Positions 36,238 through 42,601 of a stretch of DNA of 42,601 nucleotides are shown here, piece after piece. A program made the translations under genes and the position numbers. This DNA is from a virus (lineage: Duplodnaviria; Caudoviricetes). How positions within the stretch are numbered: position 1 is the first letter of the stretch; the number at the start of each line of letters is the position of its first letter. The stretch covers positions 1-42,601 of IMG/VR virus record IMGVR_UViG_3300038393_001228. One strand, 5' to 3'. The notes under the pieces were generated by a model. That model did no database searches, was not told the DNA's origin, and saw nothing but the letters and a program-made list of their open reading frames with translations.

Positions 36238-36610
36238 GGTCATCCTCACCAACCCGTTTAGTCGCGAGCGGTTCAAGCGGATCGTTGACCAGGCGCCCGA
36301 TGGCTACGTGGCCGAGGTGCGCGAGCCCAAGCGGACGCTCGAACAGAACGACCTCATGTGGAGCCTGCTCACCGACATCAGCGTGGCCTGTCCGCTAGGT
36401 CGCCGGCACACCCCAGATGACTGGAAGGCGATCGCCATGAACGCCTGCGGTTGGGAGTGCCAGTTCGTGGAGGGCCTAGATGGTCGCCCGTTCCCCAAGG
36501 GGTTCCGCAGCTCGCGCCTGACCAAATCTCAGATGTCGCAACTGATCGAGTTCCTGTTCGCGTTCGGCGCCGAGCATGGCGTGAAATGGACGCACGAGGA
36601 GGCAGCATGA
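36230..36610 (+). CDS. ninB: NinB/Orf recombination protein
   Basis: KRTLEQNDLMWSLLTDIS...DWK...RSSRLTKSQMSQLIEFLFAFGAEHGVKW. Confidence 0.9.
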   Translation: MHKVILTNPFSRERFKRIVDQAPDGYVAEVREPKRTLEQNDLMWSLLTDISVACPLGRRHTPDDWKAIAMNACGWECQFVEGLDGRPFPKGFRSSRLTKSQMSQLIEFLFAFGAEHGVKWTHEEAA

Positions 36611-36748
36611 AACGCAACACCGCACTCAAACTGGTCGCAAGCCGTCCTCCTGAGCGGATCTACGGCAGTCAGAGGTTTATCGGTCTTACACGAAATGTAG
36701 GATTGGAAAGCCCGAGTAAGTTTGTTCCGACTTTGAAGGGGCCGCTCG

Positions 36749-37018
36749 ATGTCATCATCTAAGGGCGTTCCGGCTTCGCCGGCACCGCTTCAGCCGGCGA
36801 CAGGCTTCATCAACGCGATTGCCGACCGCTTTCAGGAAATGCATGTCCCGTCGCTCAGTCGCGACAAGGCGTTGCTGCTCGCATTGGTCGCGCTTGCGGA
36901 CGCCGAGACCGACCTGGGGCCGATAAATCATCCAGACTTCGATTGGTCGCTCGACGGCGCGCGGGAGATTGCCGACGAAAACATAGAGCATTGGGAGAGC
37001 CCAAATGCCGCTGACTAA
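36749..37018 (+). CDS. Hypothetical protein
   Basis: Acidic C-terminus DFDWSLDGAREIADENIEHWE. N-terminus reads through repeat copy 4. Confidence 0.55.
   Translation: MSSSKGVPASPAPLQPATGFINAIADRFQEMHVPSLSRDKALLLALVALADAETDLGPINHPDFDWSLDGAREIADENIEHWESPNAAD
36763..36816 (-). repeat. Structured repeat copy 4 (short, degenerate)
   Basis: Reverse complement GCGTTGATGAAGCC...AGCGGTGCCGGCGAAGCCGGAACGCCC. Confidence 0.55.
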
Positions 37019-37211
37019 GCTGACACCGCGTAACCAGCTTCGCGCCTTCTACGAAGACATCGATAGGATGAAGTCGGGCGAGCAGATGCTGCATTCGATT
37101 GGGCAGCACGTAGAACTGCTCATCAAGCGGATGGACGCGCTCGAAGCGTCAGTGATCGAAGCGGCGACAGCCGGCGAGACAACGGAGGGCAAAGATGGCG
37201 ACACGCGCTGA
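37005..37211 (+). CDS. Hypothetical protein
   Basis: GGGAG RBS. C-terminus reads into repeat copy 5. Confidence 0.5.
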   Translation: MPLTKLTPRNQLRAFYEDIDRMKSGEQMLHSIGQHVELLIKRMDALEASVIEAATAGETTEGKDGDTR

Positions 37212-37565
37212 AACAGTAGCGCGCAAGCGGCGGTGGTATCTTGCCAATCGCGAGATCCATCTTGCGCGCACTCGCGAGCGAGATGCCATCCGACGCTTTC
37301 TCACTGATTATTTGACCACTCACCACTGTGTCGATTGCGGAGAAGCTGACCCAATCGTCCTCGACTTCGATCATGTGGGCGAAAAGTCATTCGGCCTGTC
37401 CACCGCCACAACGAAACTGATGCGACTTGAACGGGTGCGAGCTGAGATCGCCAAGTGCGAAGTTCGCTGTGCCAACTGCCATCGCCGCAAGACCTACGCG
37501 GCTCAGGGTCACCGCAGCCGCTCGACCGAAGGACGACAGCCCGACCGCCGTAGGCGGGGACGCCC
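37146..37565 (+). repeat. Structured repeat copy 5, split by an HNH gene
   Basis: 5' half GCGTCAGTGATCGAAGCGGCGACAGCCGGCGAGAC (37146-37180). 3' half GCTCGACCGAAGGACGACAGCCCGACCGCCGTAGGCGGGGACGCCC (37520-37565). Confidence 0.8.
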
Positions 37566-37941
37566 AAACCCAGCTCAATCACCCACCCAAGGCAACCCCA
37601 TGACACACATAACTGACGAGCAGATCGAAGAAATGCGCGCCAAGTTCGAGCGGCGTTTCATGACGAGCGCAATCGACGAGTATTGCCCTGAAGAGTTCGG
37701 TGAACTGTTGGACGAAATCCAACGACTGCGGCAATCCGCCTCACCTGAAGGCGGGGTTAGCTCGGCGCTGCGGGAGGCGGTCATTGCTGATGTGATCGCC
37801 AAGTATGCGGGCGCATTCTACATCGACTGTGGCGATGCCGAGCCGGGAATGCTTGAGCGCGCAGCCAAGGCATTAGCGCATCAGGTCGAAGCCGCCATCA
37901 CACAAGGAGCGCCCAGCAACTCAGATCGGAGTGGGGAATGA
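37195..37941 (+). CDS. HNH endonuclease (about 37195-37510), in frame with a downstream ORF that has its own ATG at 37600
   Basis: CVDCGEADPIVLDFDH...EIAKCEVRCANCHRRKT zinc-HNH motif. No stop occurs before MTHITDEQIEEM. Confidence 0.8.
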   Translation: MATRAETVARKRRWYLANREIHLARTRERDAIRRFLTDYLTTHHCVDCGEADPIVLDFDHVGEKSFGLSTATTKLMRLERVRAEIAKCEVRCANCHRRKTYAAQGHRSRSTEGRQPDRRRRGRPNPAQSPTQGNPMTHITDEQIEEMRAKFERRFMTSAIDEYCPEEFGELLDEIQRLRQSASPEGGVSSALREAVIADVIAKYAGAFYIDCGDAEPGMLERAAKALAHQVEAAITQGAPSNSDRSGE

Positions 37942-38228
37942 GTAGGGCATTCACACCTGGTCCGTGGCGGGTCAGCCCACTCGGCAACTGCGATATTGAG
38001 AGCGGCGACGGCTCTCTGGAAATCGCGACCACGCATCAAGACATTTTGAACGGCGGCTATCGAGACCCGTCCACAGCGCAGGCGGATGCCCACCTGATAG
38101 CAGCGGCTCCTGAGCTTTACGCCAGCCTGTCCGATGCGGTCGAGCTTCTTGAGCAAGCAGGTTTCTCGACTGTCGAACATCGCGCCGCCTTGCTCAAAGC
38201 TAACCCCCATCAGGGAGATGATCGGTGA
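37938..38228 (+). CDS. Conserved small phage protein (TPGPW...A.LIAAAPEL)
   Basis: FTPGPW and ADAHLIAAAPELY motifs. Confidence 0.75.
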   Translation: MSRAFTPGPWRVSPLGNCDIESGDGSLEIATTHQDILNGGYRDPSTAQADAHLIAAAPELYASLSDAVELLEQAGFSTVEHRAALLKANPHQGDDR

Positions 38229-38662
38229 AATATCCGCGTATCGAGCCATGCGCTTTTTGCAGAGCGGTGTGCAAGACCGACGAACTCGGCTTTGACCACC
38301 CCCCTGTCGATAACTGCGTCCTGTCAGATGCGAGCTTTGCATGGGCAAGCGCAGATGCCTGGAACGCTCGCACCAAAGACCCGCGACCAGTATCGGGTGA
38401 GAAGCTGAATATCTGCGAACGGTTGTTGGCGATGCGCGTGTGCGAGGGCCATAGACTTAACCTTCGCGTCAATCCCGACGGCCCTGACGCTGTTGCCTTC
38501 ATCGGGAGCAGGGAAGCGCTGATCGAACGCCTGACTGAGGCGCTGGCCTACTACGCAAACGACGAACACTACGACTGCGGCGATGTTCCCGGCCACGTCT
38601 ACGTAATTGACGATCACGGGCGGTTCGCCCGCGCCGCCCTCCAAGCCGTGAAGGAGGCATAG
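38225..38662 (+). CDS. Lar-like zinc-finger hypothetical protein
   Basis: PCAFC...C...AWNART N-terminal pattern. EALAYYA...ARAAL C-terminus. Confidence 0.55.
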   Translation: MKYPRIEPCAFCRAVCKTDELGFDHPPVDNCVLSDASFAWASADAWNARTKDPRPVSGEKLNICERLLAMRVCEGHRLNLRVNPDGPDAVAFIGSREALIERLTEALAYYANDEHYDCGDVPGHVYVIDDHGRFARAALQAVKEA

Positions 38663-38677
38663 ATCATGGCTGATTTT

Positions 38678-38754
38678 GGGCGTACATTTCCCGCTCTCAC
38701 CCTTCGGGCTGAGCCGCTTCGCGTCTCATCGCTGCGCGTTTCGATCGGGGCCGC
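38678..38754 (-). repeat. Structured repeat copy 6
   Basis: Reverse complement GCGGCCCCGATCGAAACGCGCAGCGA-TGAGAC-GCGAAGCG-GCTCA-GCCCGAAGGGTGAGAGCGGGAAATGTACGCCC. Confidence 0.75.
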
Positions 38755-38931
38755 GTGAAGTCAGCGCGCGTCTCGACGGCGGAAATCGCCCATGCGAAGG
38801 CCGCAGCCGAGAAGGCTGGATTGCGCCTGGCTGCGTTCGAGAAGCATCCTGACGGAACCGTGAAGCTGGAATTTGGCGAGGAGCCAGCTAACGACTGGCG
38901 GGCGGGAAGTCCGCTATACAGCGTCAAATGA
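38755..38931 (+). CDS. Putative excisionase-position protein
   Basis: 58 aa, VKSARVSTAEIAHAKAAAEKAGL...HPDGTV...NDW. ATGA overlap with the integrase. Confidence 0.6.
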   Translation: MKSARVSTAEIAHAKAAAEKAGLRLAAFEKHPDGTVKLEFGEEPANDWRAGSPLYSVK

Positions 38932-39959
38932 GCAAGTTGCCAAAATACGTCCGCCAGAAGAAGGCAAAGGGCCGGACCTACTACTACTTCGATCTGGGTA
39001 AAGCTGACGATGGCCGGCGGCTGCTCGCGCCCCTCCCCGATATCAAGGACTCTCGATTCGGCGATTGCCTGTCCCGCGCGAAGGCCACCAGAACGAACCG
39101 CAAGAACCGCAAGGACATCCTCACGCTGGACGGCCTGATCCGCAGCTATGAGCGATCACCCGAGTTTCGCGAGAAGGCCCCCGCGACGAAGAAGAATTAC
39201 TCGATCTATCTGGCGAAGGCCAATGCCATGATCCGCTCTGGGTCAGGCGAAAGCCCCCCGGCGAGACAGATCGAGCGCACAGACGTTTTGGCATTACGCG
39301 ACAAACTGGCCGATTCGACCGGCGCTGCCAATCAGACGGTTCGGGCTTTGGGCGCGCTCTACAAATGGGCGAGCGACCGCCACGGGCTGAAGGACAACCC
39401 AGCACACGGGATTAAATTGTTCAAGGCCATCCCGCACGAGCCTTGGCCGGAACCGCTATTGGAAGAGGCTATCCTGGACCCGCAAGTGGGAATGCCGGTC
39501 GCCCTCCTCTACTTCACCGGCCAACGAATCGACGATGCGATCAAGATGAAATGGTCGGACATCAAAGGCGACACGATGGCCGTGTTCAACCAGAAGAAGG
39601 ACCGTCATGTCCAAGTGCCGATCCTGCCCGAACTGGCCGACATGCTCGCCACTCAAGAGAAGACGGCGATTACCATCCTGACCAACGCCAACGGGCGCCC
39701 GTGGACGCAGGGAGGGTTGCGGCTGAAGCTCCAGGCATGGGCGAAGGATCGCGGCCACAAGGTTGTTCCGCATGGCCTCCGCAAAAACGCGGTGATCTCA
39801 TTGCTGGAGGCGGGCTGCACTCACGCCGAAGTGTCGGGAATTACCGACCAGTCGCCGCAGATGGTCGAATATTACGGGCGGCGGGTTAATAAATTGAGGC
39901 TCGGAAGAGCCGCAATCGTCAAATTTGATGCCTCCAGACGAGCCCGGAACGAAGCATGA
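38928..39959 (+). CDS. int: Tyrosine integrase
   Basis: FTGQRIDDA, K, HGLRKNA, ITDQS...YY catalytic motifs and an N-terminal arm-binding YYYF. Confidence 0.95.
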   Translation: MSKLPKYVRQKKAKGRTYYYFDLGKADDGRRLLAPLPDIKDSRFGDCLSRAKATRTNRKNRKDILTLDGLIRSYERSPEFREKAPATKKNYSIYLAKANAMIRSGSGESPPARQIERTDVLALRDKLADSTGAANQTVRALGALYKWASDRHGLKDNPAHGIKLFKAIPHEPWPEPLLEEAILDPQVGMPVALLYFTGQRIDDAIKMKWSDIKGDTMAVFNQKKDRHVQVPILPELADMLATQEKTAITILTNANGRPWTQGGLRLKLQAWAKDRGHKVVPHGLRKNAVISLLEAGCTHAEVSGITDQSPQMVEYYGRRVNKLRLGRAAIVKFDASRRARNEA

Positions 39960-40115
39960 AAATGCAAACCAATGTGAAAACCGCTTGTTTTCCTATCGCA
40001 GATGCGATAATGGGAACTTGTCAATTTCGCGGAGATTTCAGCTAGTGTTCTAGCCCCGTTCTGTGAAAACCTGCCGGATCAATGCGGAGTGCGTCATGGA
40101 GAATGTGAAAACCGA
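39960..40115. other. Putative attP with arm-type repeats
   Basis: TGTGAAAACC x3 (39973, 40062, 40104) flank the inverted repeat TATCGCA-GA-TGCGATA in an AT-richer gap after int. Confidence 0.6.
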
Positions 40116-40632
40116 GAGACGTATCCAGCGCAGCTGGTTTAGCGCCAGTCCGTATGCCACAACGCCTGGGTTTCTTTTGAGTGGCGAGAGTCAGCGCCGT
40201 ATCGCGCCGCTAGGCCAAGGCGAGCGCGAACTGGGATGGATGGTGCTGCCCCCGTTCCAGCGTCCGCCTGTGTGGACCGAGGCCCAGAAGATTCGGTTTG
40301 TCGAAAGCTGCTGGCTTGGCTTGCCGGTAGGGGTGTTCATCATCAACCGCCCTAACAACATGCGGAGCCCCTTCTTTAATTGGCTGCTCGACGGTCAGCA
40401 GCGGGTGACGGCTCTCTACGAGTATATGGATGATGCGTTTCCCGTGCTTGGCTACCGCTATTCGGAGCTTGGCGATCCCGATTATCGCCAATGGCAGATG
40501 ACCACGCACTTCGGTCATCTGGAAACCCACTTGGAGGACGAGGAAGCGCTGCGCGATGTTTACGACCGCCTCGCTTACGGCGGCACTCCGCACGAGCCCA
40601 AAGACAGCCCTGCGCGCCCCTTAGGAGGATGA
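40063..40632 (+). CDS. Stand-alone DUF262 (GmrSD N-terminal/ParB-like) protein; start uncertain
   Basis: LPPFQRPPVW, F.ES...GLP.G and LLDGQQRVTAL. Confidence 0.85.
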   Translation: MKTCRINAECVMENVKTERRIQRSWFSASPYATTPGFLLSGESQRRIAPLGQGERELGWMVLPPFQRPPVWTEAQKIRFVESCWLGLPVGVFIINRPNNMRSPFFNWLLDGQQRVTALYEYMDDAFPVLGYRYSELGDPDYRQWQMTTHFGHLETHLEDEEALRDVYDRLAYGGTPHEPKDSPARPLGG

Positions 40633-40649
40633 GTTATAGAGGAGGATAA

Positions 40650-40856
40650 GTGATGATCTCGTGGCTCGATCAGGAGTTTATGGATGGTTACCGGGATGGA
40701 CGCGATCGAAACGCACCGGAACCTTCGGACAACCGCTCAGCGGCCTATCGCCACTCGTTTGGTGTTGGGCGGGCGGAGTTAGCCGGTTGCCCTATTCCCG
40801 CCGCGCTGTCCCGCGATCGAGCAGCGGAAATTGTTCGACAAGAGGCGGCGGCATGA
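40650..40856 (+). CDS. Small hypothetical protein
   Basis: GGAGG RBS. DGYRDG...NRSAAYRHSF..G. Confidence 0.6.
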   Translation: MMISWLDQEFMDGYRDGRDRNAPEPSDNRSAAYRHSFGVGRAELAGCPIPAALSRDRAAEIVRQEAAA

Positions 40857-41029
40857 CCGAGCGCTATCGCCTGAAGCAGGATGGGACGGTCGTGGCGGGC
40901 GTTGAGGGGCCGACTGCGCTGGATGAAATCATCCATTACACTCGTGTCTATGGTCAGGATGGCCCTGTGACCATCGAGCGCCACGAGAACGGCAAATGGC
41001 GCGAATATGCGCGGAGGCACCCAGCATGA
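40853..41029 (+). CDS. Small hypothetical protein
   Basis: MTERYRLKQDG...EIIHY...YGQDGPV. ATGA coupling. Confidence 0.55.
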   Translation: MTERYRLKQDGTVVAGVEGPTALDEIIHYTRVYGQDGPVTIERHENGKWREYARRHPA

Positions 41030-41055
41030 CCGCACAAACCAGATCGGAGTAACCC

Positions 41056-41313
41056 ATGACCTTACGAGATGAGATCATTGCCGCGATTCGCGCATCTACT
41101 TGGCCAACGAACGACGATCAAGTTGAGGGCATCGAAGAGGCGGCAGACGCTGTTCTCGCCCTGCCTGCGATTGCAGGGGCGCTTGAACTGGCTCGTTACC
41201 ATGCCGCCATCGGGACCAATCCGCTGCGCTCGGCCAGCGAGATCACAGCAAAGACTCTCGGCCACAGCATCAAGGTTCGGGATGAGTCTGTTTCTACCCA
41301 GGGGGAGGAGTGA
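41056..41313 (+). CDS. Small hypothetical protein
   Basis: GGAG RBS. EAADAVLAL motif. Confidence 0.55.
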   Translation: MTLRDEIIAAIRASTWPTNDDQVEGIEEAADAVLALPAIAGALELARYHAAIGTNPLRSASEITAKTLGHSIKVRDESVSTQGEE

Positions 41314-41329
41314 GATGGCGGGATATTTT

Positions 41330-41395
41330 GGACGTAATCCGGCTATCGTGAACTCAAAGCCTGCGGCTTTTCGCCCTTCGGGCTTCGATCCGGCG
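41330..41395 (-). repeat. Structured repeat copy 7
   Basis: Reverse complement CGCCGGATCGAAGCCCGAAGGGCG...GTTCACGATAGCCGGATTACGTCC. Confidence 0.75.
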
Positions 41396-41408
41396 TAAAG
41401 GAAGAAAC

Positions 41409-41783
41409 ATGGCAAACCTAAAGACCGAACTCGAAGAGGCTGAGACGTTCTACGGCGAACAGATAGAGGCGATGATTGTCGGCAAGCTGGAGGAATACCC
41501 TTATCCTGACGCGCAGCCTGACGAGAATGTTATTCTCAGTCGCGAGGCCGGGCTGGCCAAGGTCGATCGCGAATATGACGACGGCTTTGGCGGAGCGGAT
41601 TGCCACTCGCTCTATGCATGGACAGCATCGCGCATATTCTTTGTCTTTGAATATGACGGTGCCACGTCGCTGCATTGGTTGCCGAGACACCCGACCGCCT
41701 TAGAGGTTCACCTAAACGGCAATGCCCAGAGTTGGGATGAGATTGCGAAAATCATTGCGGCGCGCAAAGTGGCAACCGCTTGA
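41409..41783 (+). CDS. Hypothetical protein bracketed by repeat copies 7 and 8
   Basis: AGGAAG RBS. YDDGFGG...AWT...EYDG...LPRHP. Confidence 0.75.
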   Translation: MANLKTELEEAETFYGEQIEAMIVGKLEEYPYPDAQPDENVILSREAGLAKVDREYDDGFGGADCHSLYAWTASRIFFVFEYDGATSLHWLPRHPTALEVHLNGNAQSWDEIAKIIAARKVATA

Positions 41784-41785
41784 CC

Positions 41786-41863
41786 GCGATAGCGATACCC
41801 ACCGATAGGCCGAGACGCACAGCGGCTCGGTTCATGGGTAGCGCGGGCCGTCAGGCATCGCCC
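41786..41863 (+). repeat. Structured repeat copy 8
   Basis: GCGATAGCGATACCCACCGATAGG-CCGAGAC-GCACAGCG-GCTCGG-TTCATGGGTAGCGCGGGCCGTCAGGCATCGCCC. Confidence 0.85.
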
Positions 41864-41903
41864 AACCCCAACCAACCATCCAGAACTAGAGGGGGATTAG
41901 CCG

Positions 41904-42098
41904 ATGAGTGAGATTGCGCAAATGCCGCAGAACTTCACATGGGAGGGACCGCCGGTAATGCTACCCGTTCGGGCCATCGGTGGCGTTGTCATGGATGCGC
42001 GAAGACAAACGGTCGCGAACTGCCCGAACGGAGCGTTGGCCGATGTTGTGGCCTACAGCATCAACGTCGCCAACGGGGTCCACCCACCTACGGATTAG
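41904..42098 (+). CDS. Small hypothetical protein (last early gene)
   Basis: GAGGGGG RBS. Converges on the late-strand genes. Confidence 0.55.
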   Translation: MSEIAQMPQNFTWEGPPVMLPVRAIGGVVMDARRQTVANCPNGALADVVAYSINVANGVHPPTD

Positions 42099-42337
42099 CC
42101 GATACACCCGCCAAGGATGGTGAGCAGTCCGTCGCCCCATGCTTCAACGCGCACCAATCTGCCGGCGATCGGCTTGATGTCGTGATCCGCCTGACCGTTT
42201 AGCTCTGAGTGGATCTTGCCGGGTTTGTCCTTCTTGAGCTGTTCGTATTGCTCTTTGGTGATGCAGTGGGCGGTTGAGTAGCGGGTTGTGGCGCAGCCGG
42301 TGAGCAGCACGAGAGTGAGCAACGTGGCGGCCTTCAC
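42095..42337 (-). CDS. Lipoprotein, o-spanin (Rz1-like) candidate
   Basis: Signal peptide with lipobox LLTG-C, at the end of the late-strand gene run. Confidence 0.6.
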   Translation of the reverse strand: MKAATLLTLVLLTGCATTRYSTAHCITKEQYEQLKKDKPGKIHSELNGQADHDIKPIAGRLVRVEAWGDGLLTILGGCIG

Positions 42338-42516
42338 AATTCGCCCCGCAGATTTTCTAGGTCTTTGATCTGTGGCGACAGCAAGCCGTCCGCGAACTCC
42401 GACATGCCCCAGCGTTTCAAGTGCGTGTAGGCGTGGCGAAGCTGGGCGATATTGAAATCTAGCTTACGCAATCCCGGCGAAACATCGCTGATCGTCCGCA
42501 TAGATTCTCCTACCAA
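42334..42516 (-). CDS. Small hypothetical protein
   Basis: GTGA-coupled to the lipoprotein gene. Confidence 0.4.
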   Translation of the reverse strand: MVGESMRTISDVSPGLRKLDFNIAQLRHAYTHLKRWGMSEFADGLLSPQIKDLENLRGEL

Positions 42517-42601
42517 ATACGCCCTTGTTCCGCAAGAAAAATCGTGCTAGCAAGTGGCATGTTTGCTAAATTCTTGCGAGGTATTGGCGCATACGATTAT
42601 G

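Larger units (their letters stand above)
1..42601. mobile_element. Temperate HK97-like siphophage genome (near complete, not integrated)
   Basis: Terminase, portal, capsid and tail modules, cro/cI switch, replication and recombination genes and an integrase are present. Phage genes lie on both sides of the integrase/attP and no host housekeeping genes are seen. Confidence 0.95.

Noticed and set aside
37876-37914. GCGCATCAGGTCGAAGCC...GAGCGCCC as a repeat relic
   Set aside because: Too short and lacks the internal stems, so it cannot be distinguished from chance.
40698-40752. GCGATCGAAACGC... as a ninth structured repeat
   Set aside because: Only the 5' words match. The central AGAC/GCT stem and the AGCnCG...CGCCC end are absent, and it lies in a plausible coding region.
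42580-42601. dif-like GGCGCATACGATTATG at the window end
   Set aside because: The spacing does not fit, the sequence is truncated, and it lies in a probable ORF starting at 42559.

Overview
This is a near-complete, apparently circularly permuted temperate siphophage genome, GC-rich and most likely infecting an Alphaproteobacterium (inferred from the GTA-like tail tip and a NepR-like gene). The minus strand from 1 to 21.8 kb carries the late operon: packaging HNH, terminase, HK97-type head, neck and tail, GTA-like tail tip, and lysis-region genes. A 2.48-kb IS1595-family element with passenger genes is inserted in the late leader. Next come the leftward early and replication operon (24.5-29.9 kb), the cro/cI switch with TACG-N5-CGTW operators, and the rightward early operon (pentapeptide protein, ERF/exonuclease/SSB/NinB, many small ORFs, xis-int, an intact attP and a DUF262 gene). 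The most unusual signal is a family of eight 55-87 bp structured repeats (GCG...CGCCC, with strongly covarying stems) confined to the rightward early arm. They occur mostly as inverted pairs around small genes, and one copy carries an HNH endonuclease ORF inside its central loop. This suggests an undescribed HNH-linked repeat/gene-cassette system. Other notable items are a NepR anti-sigma mimic, IS cargo with GIY-YIG and RxxxxH motifs, and a leader motif shared by the capsid and tail-tube genes. All assignments were made by eye from motifs; no database searches were run.
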